Assembly (NCBI GenBank): GCA_013239625.1
Contig: MU054391.1
Coordinates: 3,191,130-3,255,129, forward strand
Direction of reading: 5' to 3'
DNA: 64,000 nucleotides
Source of the DNA: Lama guanicoe
Lineage: Eukaryota
Shown: piece by piece, positions 13,033 through 23,711 of the stretch
Position numbering within the stretch: the stretch's first letter is position 1
Layout: each line of letters starts with the position of its first letter
Position numbers and translations under genes: made by a program
Notes under the pieces: generated by a model
The model's database searches: none
Told to the model about the DNA's origin: nothing
What the model saw: only the letters and a program-made list of their open reading frames with translations

Positions 13033-13272
13033 GTTTTTGAGATAGCTTTACTGAGATATATTAATATACTGTACAAGTTACCCATTTAAATTGTACAATT
13101 TAATATGTTTTTAGTATATCACAGATATGTGCAACCATCACTGGTCAATTTTAAAACATTTTCGTCACCTCGAAAAGAAACCCTATACTTTTGATTTATC
13201 ACCTCCTTATCCTCCCATCTGCCCAACTCAGACTGAAAAAAAATACTTATCTATTTTTTGTCTCTATAGATT
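13033..13272 (-). mobile_element. L1M 3' end fragment
   Basis: agctttactgagatata...acccatttaaa..gtacaatt...gtgcaaccatcac...ttgtctctatagattt. Confidence 0.8.
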
Positions 13273-13363
13273 TCAAAGGAAGTCAGCATTGAAGAGCAAC
13301 TACAGGGAAAAATATTATATAAAATCCTTGAAGTTCCCTAGAATTGTCCTTAAAATATATTAC

Positions 13364-13515
13364 AAATGGCCATGGTCATATGCCAAGTTGGACAACGACA
13401 TCGCAGTTTTCAATAAATCCAACATAGCCAGATTTGTCTCCAGCATTGAAAAAGACAGCTGTTTCTTCAAATGACCATTGAAGGAATTAGCTGGCTTGTG
13501 TTTAAGGATCATGGT
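13364..13515 (-). pseudogene. Pseudo-exon, PH middle (frame uncertain)
   Basis: cctttatttttaag acceptor, gtaata donor. One frame is open (TMILKHKPANSF...YDHGH); another looks protein-like but has stops (FLQWSFEETAVFFNAGDKSGYVGFIENCDVVVQLG). Confidence 0.5.
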
Positions 13516-14136
13516 CTTAAAAATAAAGGATGTCGTATGGTAGAACACAACTTGGAAAGATGCTCATTTTCCAAGAGGCACCTGGACCCTGAGATTAACT
13601 GGGAAGAGGAGAGTCAGGGCTCCTGTCACCTGCTCCCTGCAGGGCATCACATAATCACATCCTCTCTCTCTCTCTCCCCCCTTCTCTCTCCCTCTTTTTT
13701 CCTCCACCCTCACCCAGCAGGAGAAAAATAGCTGAGCTTAATTGCATCAATAATATGGCTCCATACAGACGGGTTCATCTAAGAACAGTGTTGAATCCAA
13801 GCCAAGCAAAACAGACCCTTTCTCACGACCTTTCTGAAGTGAAGAAAGGGGGCAGGGGATTGGAGATGGGAGGGCTGCGGTCTGTGAACACTCACCTCTC
13901 ATCCAGCCAGGTGCTAAAGCTACTCCACGGAATGAGGGTAACCTGGAAAGAGAAATAGAGATGAGAGATGGTGAAGAGGATCCTGGTGACGCTGGACTTC
14001 TAGTCTCATCTGTCCCTGAGCCTCTGCAGGACTTTACTGTCCCCTCCGTGGGGTTTACGTGGAGCCAGGGTTGTTCCTCTTTTCCTGGAGCTCAAGTTGG
14101 GATTCTGAACCTTGTGGCCCACGCAGAAGTCTTTAC

Positions 14137-14257
14137 AAATACAATTGTGATTTATGTATTGTTAATGGCTCCTTTTTAAGCCGATGGAAAATGTTCTTAA
14201 GATATAATGAGGTTTCCCTCAAAGTCTGGGATTCAATGTCAAAATTCAAGGTCGCAT
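14137..14257 (-). pseudogene. Pseudo-exon, PH (DATLNFDIESQTLRETSLYLKNIFHRLKKEPLTIHKSQLY)
   Basis: atttgcctttag acceptor, gtaaag donor, open frame in phase with the preceding exon. Confidence 0.6.
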
Positions 14258-14656
14258 CTAAAGGCAAATCCAACATTAGTTTTATTGCAATAGATTGCCT
14301 CGTATTATGAAGATTTCTTAATATTCTGTAGCATGAGATAAATGTATATGTTATGTTTGGGGTTTTAATCCAGAAAGAAGGGTACTATGGTCATAAAAAC
14401 GAATGGGACCCAACTTTTGTCCTCAAAGAGCTTATACTTCAGTAGTAATAATGCACAAACGGATAATTTACAAAGCAACACGAATGAAATATTTCACATA
14501 ATTTAAAATATTTATATGCTATTAGTAGATAATATTTCTTTCAAAATTTGCTTCCTGTCTTTTGTCCTGGAAAACAAGGTATTGTTTTGTTTTGTCTTCC
14601 AGATACGTAATTGTAATTTTGAATGTATTTTTACAAACTGCATCTCTGTCCCCCAC

Positions 14657-14730
14657 CTCGGGCTCTTATCAAGATTCTCTTGTTCTCTGACGCCAATGTA
14701 TTTCTTGTAGCTTTGCCAACTGAGGACTCT
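14657..14730 (-). pseudogene. Pseudo-exon, DH-PH junction (ESSVGKATRNTLASENKRILIRAR)
   Basis: cagcag acceptor, GAG|gtgggg donor, phase 1 matching the next exon; 'L....R.LIR' is a typical PH start after DH. Confidence 0.55.
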
Positions 14731-15403
14731 CTGCTGGTTAATACACACCTTTGATAGGCCCGTGTTTAAATCCTGCTTTTCCCATTTACTAGCGCGATGT
14801 CCAAGACAGTTCCTCTTGGTACCTTATTTTTTTAAAAGAATCCGGGACCCTGACATAATATTGCCAAGCACACAGAATTGTTAAGAGGACTGACTGTGAT
14901 TCTGTATGAAATCCAAGGGTTAGACTCTGTGTGTCCCAAATTTTCTAGAGTTTCAGATTTACTCCCATCTTTAATAACTGAATTATCGTGGCTTGGGAGC
15001 TTAACCCGTGAATAGTGAAAATCAAGTAATTTCTCTCTCCACTCTCTGTACGTGCTCTGTGACTTGACTTCTCTTCCCCACACAGGCCCTGTAGGTGTTC
15101 TGGCAGACACAGGACGTACTGCTAGCCCGCTTCCCTCTGCCACCTCTGTGGCCTCGCCCAGGGGCAACTATGTACTCATCCTTCCCCTTCCAACATTGCT
15201 TCCAACCCAGCCCCTGCCCACATCTGCCTCAGACACACAACAGAGAGAAGAGATGCCCCGTTTGCTTGGAGTAACAGTGTCCCCCTCATCTCTGAGCTGT
15301 CTGTGCTAGAACATCCACAGTCATCTCCCAGAGCAGACCCTCCACGCTTTCTCCCGGGCTGCGGGGGTTGGGGGAAATGTGGAAACACAAAACACTCTTC
15401 CAC

Positions 15404-15501
15404 TTGAGGGCTTCCGTAAATGCGTCCGCCTGTGTTCAAGAAGCGGTGGTCCACACAAGGCATTAATGTCAACTCTGGTCCTGAGGTCCTCGAATTCCAT
15501 T
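15404..15501 (-). pseudogene. Pseudo-exon, DH C-terminal helix (EFEDL / LTLMPCVDHRFLNT)
   Basis: Weak acceptor after gctttctgtctt; frameshifted fragments resemble 'L.EL...T...H.D...L'. Confidence 0.4.
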
Positions 15502-15970
15502 CTTCCCATTAAGACAGAAAGCATCCTCACAGCAGAATACACATTATGCATTATGTTTTTTTAATGTAATTCTTTTCTTTCTGACAAATGAATTAGATAG
15601 GCATAAAAAAATGTAATGGACGTCTGACCTTAGTTATTCCTTAATTAAAGTGTCTGTGTTTCCAAGGAAGCCTGGAATGTTGTAACTGCCAAAATACTGC
15701 AAATCCCCACGTGCGGCTGGGAGAAGGCATATTCCACTGTGCCAAGGAAAGGTGGGAACATTAGCTGATATACATCCTACTAAGGAACTGAAAAAGGGAG
15801 GAAAAAATAAAATTAATATAATTTTTAATTTACAAACCTGCAAAGGAAGGCCTCATAAACAAAAAGGGAGATGATTCTAAAACCTCAGGCCCCCCAAGGC
15901 CTATGGCTGACGGAAGCTCAGAAGGAGGAAATGTGACAGGTGTGACACCCAGAGAATGGACATCAGAAGC

Positions 15971-16441
15971 TGCCATGAGCAGGACCCTGTGGGGTCTTCC
16001 GTGGACAGACCCTTCCCCCATGTCCTCTGCTGCAGCTCCTCTCTGAAGGACCCAGATCATAGTATCTCATGAATGTTTCTTGAGTTTTCAGATGCTTAAA
16101 ACCACCACCAAAGGGAAGAAATAAACTACTTGATGATTGAGAGCACGTGGCTCTGAGACCTTCTGGCGCCTCAGGGTTGTTAGTATTGACCGCCCTGTTA
16201 CCTCGACACCAACCAATCAGAGCATGAGCTGATCACATACTTTGTGGACCCCCCCACCCCCTTCCCTGGCCTTTACGTGTACTTTGCCAAAACCCTTTGG
16301 GGAGTTAGGGGTTTTCTTGGGCACGAGTCACCCATCCTCCCTGCTCAGCCCTGCAATAAGCCTTTCTCTGCTCCAAACTCTCACGTTCCAGTTTCTCTGG
16401 CCTCATGGTATGTTGGGCACCTGACCTTGCTTTCAGCAACA
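15971..16441 (+). mobile_element. ERV1-type solo LTR
   Basis: TG...CA termini, flanking GAAGC/GAAGT target-site duplication, CCAAT box, AATAAG poly(A)-like signal. Confidence 0.75.
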
Positions 16442-16629
16442 GAAGTGTCTTTTCCTTAGAGAGGGAGCTGGTCTTATACCTATAAATCATAGAAGTAAGT
16501 CTAGTGTCAGTCTAGTCCGAGCAACATACGCCGTTCAATCACAAAAATTGAACAGAAAGAGATACTTTCTTGAAAGTTCCTCCCGCAGCTTGATTCTACC
16601 TCTTAACCTTCCTTTCTTCTTTCCACGTT

Positions 16630-17200
16630 GCACCTACAATGGGGTCCCTTCCCCAACAAAATTCACAGTCCAGTGAAGGGTGGCAGATTGAAAAGTCAAG
16701 TTTCCGTGTGGTGTAATCATTACTGACAATCATCCTGGATTACTGAAAAGCTACCTGGTACGAGGGTGGAGATGAGAAAATCCTTCTAGGGAGGCAATGG
16801 TATTTGAACTGCGTATCAAAAATGTGTGCGAGTTACTTAGACTAGAGGTCATAGAGGTTGTCCAGAAAGAGAGAGGGTGTTTGTAGAGCATCAATAGGCG
16901 AGAAAACACGTAATGGGGACCCTGTGTTTGTGGATGTTGCTGAAAAGAAAACACATGAGGAGAAGGTGAGACCTGAGATGGCAGGAGGCAGCTGAACCAG
17001 GGAGCTTTGTCAGTCCCACGCATCTCGTGTAAGATTCTGCCATTTTCAGCAGAAGAGACCAAGTCTGGCAATTTATGGAAAACTCAGATTCTTTGGAAGG
17101 AGACGTGTGGGGGAAACTAAAGAACTGAATGAACAAATGAACAGCCGAGGAGCCTGTGATCTGAGGGTTTCAGATGGACGGAATAGGTAGAAAACCGCCA
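16630..17200 (-). mobile_element. L2 LINE remnant
   Basis: Decayed purine-rich reverse L2 text (tcacagtccagtgaaggg, ggaggcaatggtatttgaactg). Confidence 0.45.
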
Positions 17201-17614
17201 TTTTCTATTCAAGTGTCCGGCTGAGAAGTTCTGACGGCAGGTTGGTTCTCACGCCCATTTCTGAACGACACACAGTGTGTATTTGGGGAAGCCTCACCTT
17301 CACTGCAGGTGAGTGGTCGTGTCCATTGCAGGGTGCCGCTGGCATAAGACCCACAGGCTAGAGCACTGGGGCTCTAGAGGACGATGTTGAAATGCTTATT
17401 AAAATTTTGCTATTTTCAAATAAGGAAGACGTCATGCCTTCCAGATAACTGCTGCATGAATGGAGTTGGCGTCCTCACCCCGCACGTGTCGGATGATCAC
17501 ACATCGCGCGCTACTTGGGAGGTACCCGGAGGGCGGTGTGAGCACGCCTGCGCCGTGGGAGGGGTTGCGCGGGGCGTCAGCTCAACTGTGCAATGTCAGC
17601 AAATTCACACTCAC

Positions 17615-17703
17615 TGACTTTATTCGCTTATGGATTTACAGGTGATATTGCCCAACTTCATCTGAACGTTGTCACAAAGAGGACGATCATTATAGAAAAT
17701 TAC
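17615..17703 (-). pseudogene. Pseudo-exon, DH CR3 region (VIFYNDRPLCDNVQMKLGNITCK / HKRIKS)
   Basis: Consensus gtgagt donor; acceptor degraded (tttctttgcg); frameshift into HKRIKS, resembling 'PVQRI.xY'. Confidence 0.55.
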
Positions 17704-17781
17704 CGCAAAGAAACAGCAGATTTAGGATGATACTAATGATGCAAGCGCACGTGAACAGCAAGAAAGTGGCAGAGCGCCGAC

Positions 17782-17874
17782 CTTCGCTCCAGTTGTGAGC
17801 GCGTCGCGGGCTCCGTTACAAAAGACACCAATATCTACCAGCAGATTCCCCATGAAAGTAAATATACTTTCTTC
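17782..17874 (-). pseudogene. Pseudo-exon, DH (EESIFTFMGNLLVDIGVFCNGARDALTTGAK)
   Basis: 31 open codons between aag and gtcggc; matches the DH 'IF......L..Y..YC.....AL' pattern. Confidence 0.6.
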
Positions 17875-17943
17875 CTTCAAATCCAGATGGCATTTTAATG
17901 ATGAATTCAGAAGTCACTGTTTTTTTTTTTTTAAAGAATTCAC

Positions 17944-18031
17944 TGCTGTTTGGTAAGAACATTATATAAACAGGTGCTCGGAAATATTTCATTATGTGAT
18001 TCCGTTGCCAAAAATAATATAAGTAATTCAC
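17944..18031 (-). pseudogene. Pseudo-exon, DH (GELLILFLATESHNEIFPSTCLYNVLTKQ)
   Basis: tttttccctgttgaaacag acceptor, gtgaat donor; resembles the DH 'E..IIF.NI' segment. Confidence 0.55.
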
Positions 18032-18059
18032 CTGTTTCAACAGGGAAAAAACCCTCATT

Positions 18060-18860
18060 CATGCATTTTTAAAAAAAAACTTGGAAACCTAAATTTTCCT
18101 CTTTATAAAAAATTAAAATAAAGTTTCAGTGGGATTATAACCCATCTGTTAATAATATAAAAAATGCAATACCTTCCAATTAGTTAGGAGAACAACTGAT
18201 TGACATTATAAAAGATGAAAAAAATGATGGAACAAATTTTAACACAAATTTTTACTTAATTGGCATATGGGATTTAACAGTGAGTATCATAATTTAATAA
18301 GCACAAAAATGGATCGTCCCTGCACGTTGCTCTGAAGAGCCTTTTTCAGCTATGCTTGTCGTTAAAAAGCAGAGAGATACACTGATCTTAGATCCACACA
18401 CTCGAAGTGTCGGAACACTCAGTGTTCAACCAATTTAATAGACCATATTTAATCACATTTCTCACGGAAAGTGTTGTGGTATTAAGTAATTAATTTAGAT
18501 TGTTATTTATTTTATTCTTACGTCAACTTCTAAACTCCTATTTAATGTATTTTTGGTATATATGTGGTTATCAGTGAATTATTACTGAAAATGAAAATAC
18601 ACAGATGATGTATCAATGCTCAAAAGTATTTCATAGAAAGCAATGTGTGGAAGAACTATGCCTGAAGGCCCTTATCTAGAAAATTTTTTACCAGATGTCA
18701 GAAAATAACAGTCAAATCTTCAATCCTGCGTGACTGTTTAAGTACGGCCTGTGGTTACTTCCAAAGGCAAAATTGTGTAGTTGGGACAGAGATCTTACGT
18801 CTTCTGAAGTTGAAATTATTTGCTCTATATAACTTTAGGTAAAGTTTTCCACCCCCTGGT
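18060..18860. mobile_element. hAT-Charlie DNA transposon remnants, including a MER58-like element at ~18690-18858
   Basis: Terminal 'aaagttttccaccccctg' and internal 'tagttgggacagaga' typical of MER58. Confidence 0.55.
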
Positions 18861-19141
18861 TTTAAAGTTGATGATAAACATCGTCAGTGTATTTTTTCCC
18901 GGTGTACCTATATGTGGGTCTTGGGGGGGGGGGAATGGTTTTATTTCTAGAGTAACTGTTCAGGAATACGTCCCCACATTTTCAAGGAGCAGAAACATAC
19001 AACTGAGAAACAAAAGGCAATTCTGGGTTTCTTCTTTTAGAATTTCCTCCCCAATACAGCTTTCAACTCAGTAAAATATGCCTCTAAGAGACTGCATCTG
19101 GCTGCCCTTTGTAAGACAGGGTTAGCATTTCTGATGTTTAC

Positions 19142-19344
19142 TCGGACAGAGCTTGTGCACTGAACTATTTTTTGAAAAGATTAATTTTCAACGAGTATGC
19201 AAATCTCCTTCAAACACTACGAACCCCTCGCATCTCCGGGGGACCGACCACTGGATTCGAGCTGATCCTCTCTGTTGTTTAAACAGCAGCACGACTGCCC
19301 AGAAGTAAAGAAGGACCATGAGAAATGGGATCTTAGCGGACCAC
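19142..19344 (-). pseudogene. Pseudo-exon, linker plus start of DH domain (DARGS*CLKEICILVEN*SFQKIV)
   Basis: cag acceptor, gtaaac donor. D.R...CLKEI resembles the Vav DH start (D.R..CL.EI..TE); two in-frame stops. Confidence 0.5.
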
Positions 19345-20439
19345 CTGACCCCATGAAAAGCAACAAGGAAGTCAGGGGCATTTGGAAACATCAAATTACT
19401 GAGTCATTATATTTATTTGGAGATTTTTAGGTAGACAGATGTTGGTTTCCTGGTGGAACCTGTGCAGATCTCAAGGAAAATGGAATTAAGGAAAATTCTT
19501 GCTAATCCAGCTCAAATTGTGTGGGTAAATTTCTTGACTCCTATATGTTAAATTTTTTAAAGGAAAATATTGATAAAGTAATACATTTTTGAAAAGTTCT
19601 TCTGATTTTTCTAAATGATCACTTATTTTGGTAGGAATGTCCCAGTTGTTTATTTCACGTCAGGTATCTGCTCTTCAAGCACATGAACCCCAAGCGCCCT
19701 TCCGCTGAGTCCCCCGTGGCTTGGAGGAGACAAGGAAGAAGGGCCGTGTGAGCCCCATGTGTGTGGAAAGTAAGTTTACTGACAATTATCTGAATAATTC
19801 AGCCCAGATCCATTATGTGATATTTTAAACTAAATCTTATTCCCTGGATTTACTGGAACATTCAGCACAAGTTATGCATTGTTGGCAAATCTCAGCTCTG
19901 TCCTGTTGGTCGCATTCACAGTCCATTAGAAGGCAGCCCCCTCACCCCGTCCTGGTCCTTTCCTCCAGCCTCAGGGCTGCATGCGTTCTTCACCGTCTTC
20001 TAACCGGCTTGTGCTGACTGAGTACAGCAGGCGGGTTAGCTGTTCCCTCTGCCTTTCACTGTGGTTTTTTTTTTTCCCTAGGTCTGGGGTCTGTCCCTTT
20101 GTACCTTGTCTGCCTGGTAAATTCCTACTTATACTCAAAGCCACTCCTTCTCCCCTACTTGTTCCTCCACAGAGTCACAGTCCTGCAATGTGCTCATTTT
20201 CCATCCTGAATGTGGAACAGGAAGCAGCAGCTCCTGTCTGAGCACAAGCAACTGGGGGTTTGTGGCCGCAGGTCCCCCAGGCGTCTCCAGATTCTAGAAC
20301 AAAATTGGGTTCTCTGGCAGATGCTGAAAATTGTCTTCAGAACAAAGGAAAGAAAAGTAGAAATCCTGGTAACCAGAATGTTTGAAAATCTGCTAATCTC
20401 TTGCAAAAAGAACGGACACTTTCTTTGGCATTCGGTGGA

Positions 20440-20665
20440 CCAGCCGTGCTTTAATTGCTCCGTAAATGCAAACTCCTGGAGCTCACAATCACCACATGAG
20501 GTAGGTGGCATTTCTAGCATCCTCAGCTTACAGACTGGGAAGCTGAGACACAAAGAGGTTAAAGACTTTGTTTAAGGTCACCCACCAGGGGACGGGGAAG
20601 GGACAGGATTTAAGCCAAAGGCTGTGTCTAGCCTTGATGAGCTTAACCACTGAGCCACAGAGCCT
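20440..20665 (-). mobile_element. MIR SINE
   Basis: ttacagactgggaagctgagacacaaagaggttaa...aaggtcac. Confidence 0.75.
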
Positions 20666-21290
20666 CTCAAAGGTGAGGGATCTGATTCAAGAAACAGGGC
20701 CAGCCCTAATGAGAAGTGAAGTTAAGGAGGAAATGACGCATCACCACCTCCTCTTGCTGTGGTCCCACAGCACCTTTCACTTAACTCCCATCCTCTCTGC
20801 ATGCTCCAGCCCTGCCAACAGCAGAGCCAACATGTCTCCTCCAGGAAGCCCGCCGTGGTTTAATCTGTGAGCAGGCGTTTCCTTGTCTCCGTGTGCACAG
20901 GACTTACTGCCCCTTTCCTACTTCGCCTTTTATCCGGTATCACAGTGCTCTGTTTATATAGATACTAGTCAACTTCCTAAGGACAGAACTTATTTATTGT
21001 TAAGTTTGATTAGTATAAACCGTAGTGTGGGCCTCAGCTCTGGTGCGTGTTTGACAAATACTTGTTGAAAAGGTGGGTGGGTGATCACACCGTAACAAGG
21101 AGGCATTTAAAACACTTCAGGGTAAAAGCAAGTGCAGTGACGTGGAGTGTTTAACCACCACACACAGTGGGAAGCCATTACCGCAGGGAAGAGGGCAACA
21201 CAGTTCAGCTTCCGTACTCAAGGGCAAATTACGTCCCGCAAAAGGTGACCGCACAGACAAACCCACAAGGCGATGGAGTCAGCCTGATAC

Positions 21291-21368
21291 CTCTTCCAAA
21301 TACCAGAATCGTAAAGAGCGTGCTGCGAATCTGCAATGGATCCAATCAGTTATGCCGTCAAACAGGTC
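21291..21368 (-). pseudogene. Pseudo-exon, C-terminal CH-like helix (DLFDGITDWIHCRFAARSLRFWYLEE)
   Basis: T-run-gccttag acceptor, 26 open codons, gtatca donor. SDLFDG matches the CH 'xDLFEG' motif. Confidence 0.6.
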
Positions 21369-21847
21369 CTAAGGCAAAAAAAAAAAAAAATGTGCTATTC
21401 ACTTTGAAATTTCCAGCCCAAAATAAGACTTGTGACTCTGGTCTTACTGTAGGGGATGCGTGATTTACTTGTGCACGTATGTAGGTTTTTTAAAATAAAG
21501 AAAGTATGTGTGTGTGTGTATGTGTGCGCACGCACACTGTATGAATGAATTTTGCATATTCTGTAAAAGAGGGTTTAAATGAGAGTGCCAGTGTGATGCC
21601 CTAAGTCAAAAATTGTACAAATATCTAAGCCTGCCTTTCCATCCCTCTTTCTGAGAAGGAGGCCGGGGTGCCCTGACCCTCTCTCAGTGCAGAGTCAGGT
21701 GAACCGTCTCCCTCTGCAGGTGCTCAGAGCGGCCCTGCCACGTGCATTTATCCACCTTTGATGTCTTTCCTTTTGCAGAGAAGACGAGAAAGCAGAGAGT
21801 GAATCCGTGTTTTGGTTAATTTCTTCTTTTCCTACACAACATCTTAC

Positions 21848-21870
21848 ACTGCCGGACATCACGTCCCAAC
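21848..21870 (-). pseudogene. 23-nt micro-exon (GWDVMSGS)
   Basis: ccttctcttacag|GTTGGGACGTGATGTCCGGCAGT|gtaaga; strong sites, joins the next exon in phase 0. Confidence 0.6.
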
Positions 21871-22276
21871 CTGTAAGAGAAGGTGTGGTGATCTGTGTGA
21901 CACACTGTTTCTCATTATTAAACCATTATTTTGTCAATATTTTCTCCTGGTTAGCGTTGGTGCGTTCTTCTCATCACCAAGTTCACAGGCTCTGGGTGAC
22001 CTGTCAGTAGATTCTTGACTCTAAAAGCCACTAGGTTTTTTAAAAAGTTTTTCAGGCAACTGGAAGCACGGGCAGAAAACTCATTTTTAGACTTCCGTCA
22101 GAGGATGTCCATACTCCGCAAGTTGAAAATGTTCTTTTGTGCCAGGGTTTCTGCCTGTGATTAAAAACATGAAAACCTAGTAAAAGTTAACAGTGAGGTC
22201 TCCCAAGCTACCCCCAGGGCAGGAACTCAGGCTCTGGTTAGTCTGCCTGATGCAAAGCATATGGTGAACACTTAAC

Positions 22277-22317
22277 CATGGCCTGGAGTCGTTAAAACCA
22301 TGTTATTTACCTGGCAT
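22277..22317 (-). pseudogene. Pseudo-exon, CH-like (CQVNNMVLTTPGHG)
   Basis: Long pyrimidine tract ending in 'caa' (mutated cag) or at a nearby ccag; gttaag donor in phase 1, matching the next exon (G|GT TGG). Confidence 0.4.
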
Positions 22318-23572
22318 TTGGAAAGCACAGTTAGAATTAAAAGTAACAAATATAAACCCCAAATGAAATGCTTGAAAGGATAGTTACTCATTAAAAAAAA
22401 GCTTTGAATGGCTTCTGTGCTCACCCCTACCCACAGGGGAGGAGACCTCCCGTCATTCGCATTTGCAAACAAAGATGCAGACGGTGGGATGTCCTGCTGT
22501 GACATCCCTGATGTGGGGCAGCTCCTTCCGGCATCGTGACCTCCTTCCTCTCTCGGGGCCCTGGAAGTCCTGTCTTCTGCAAGATGCTGTGCGCCTTCCT
22601 TACGACACCCTCGTTTCCTGTCCGAGGAGGTCTGATGGGACTGTGGTGTGACTAAGTCCCTCTGGCACTCATCTTGTGACTGTATTATTCTAGGGACACA
22701 TTTTTCCTTCTTGGAGCAATGCCAGGCCTGGAGGAGGGGACCACAGACTACAGGAGCGAAGCGATCATGCACTGGCTAAATCTACCTGGTAGCTGGCGCA
22801 CAGAGGAGCCACGCAGAGGAAGAGGCTGCAGGAAGGTCCTACGTCTGCCTCCATCTCTTGTGAAGTAGCCAGAGGTTGTCTGCAGGGACGGGCAGGCTGT
22901 AGCTTGAGCGGCTGACAGGCCAGATTGCTTTGGGACCTCAACTGTACACAAGCAGAGAGAAAGAGAAAGAGACAGAGAGAGCGCGATGATTAAGCACCTG
23001 CTGAATGCAGGGATGGCACATCTGCAGGAAACCAGAGTCTCTGGCCAGGAATTTGAAAGCAAAAGCAAAAAATAAGTCAACTAGCATCAAGAGTAAGAAG
23101 TTCTGCTTTTCTCCTGATGGGGACTTTAGACATAGAGGCACCACTTCCAAACCATCTCTCCTGTGGCAAATGGGATGCGGATAACTGAACTGATACAGTT
23201 GCATAAGGAGGCCCCGGTCTTTCCAGCCTGGGGCCTCACCATCTGCGCACGCATGAGCCTGGTGAGCCTGACTGTGGTGTGTTCTCCCTGGCATTCTTTC
23301 ACGTGCTTTAATATTTTTCCCTCATCCATTCACTCAGTAAATACTTAATTTATGGCTATTGCTCGTGCTTTGGCAGGGGGCTCAGGAATACCTCTTTGGG
23401 GCTAAACCCCTTTGTCTAAGCTATTTTGTAAGAATCTAATCCCTTAGCTTCAGACATCAGCTTCCATTTTCAGTGCCTGAGACTCATATGAAAATGCAGA
23501 TTCTGGGCTCCTAGGTCCGCATGGCTCCTGAGACGGCATTCCTGGTTCGCTTCCAGGAGACGTCAGCATTAC

Positions 23573-23711
23573 TCGACAGAGATGAGGCAGTCACAGTGTA
23601 AGAACGGAGACTTCGGCGGCCAAACTTTAAAGAATTGCTGAGTGGCCCTGCATCCTAGGATGCCAGCCTCTGCACGACAGCCACTCCGGTGGGATCCAAT
23701 GTTGTAGCTGG
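23573..23711 (-). pseudogene. Pseudo-exon, N-terminal part of CH-like domain (frameshifted)
   Basis: ctctttcttcggagcctag acceptor, gtaatg donor. Fragments in different frames (QLQHWI; DPTGVAVVQRLAS*DAGPL; LISVE) resemble the CH 'W...L.DGV.LC.L...PG' region. Confidence 0.4.

Larger units (their letters stand above)
703..23711 (-). pseudogene. Multi-exon decayed Vav-like Rho GEF gene (CH-DH-PH-SH2-like), candidate unitary pseudogene
   Basis: About 18 minus-strand segments bounded mostly by polypyrimidine-AG and GT sites, in collinear domain order. CH-like: GWDVMSGSDLFDGITDWIHCRFAARSL. DH-like: DARGS*CLKEI, ELLILF, IFTFMGNLLVDIGVFCNGARDAL, HKRIKS, DHRFL. PH-like: ENKRILIRARD, KAFIL...DKLEWLVHL. 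SH2-like: ALIRC, IKHI...LDFYSH. Contains in-frame stops, frameshifts and mutated acceptors. Domains recognised by eye. Confidence 0.7.

Noticed and set aside
19188..19394. Signal-peptide-like ORF (MVLLYFWAVVLLF…)
   Set aside because: Alternative frame of the exon whose other frame matches the DH start.
20250..20345. Possible extra minus-strand exon between CH and DH
   Set aside because: Acceptor plausible, but no clear donor or motif; cannot be supported.
21779..22010. Plus-strand acceptor followed by EDEKAESESVF…
   Set aside because: Weak donor, no partner exons or homology; overlaps the better-supported minus-strand micro-exon.
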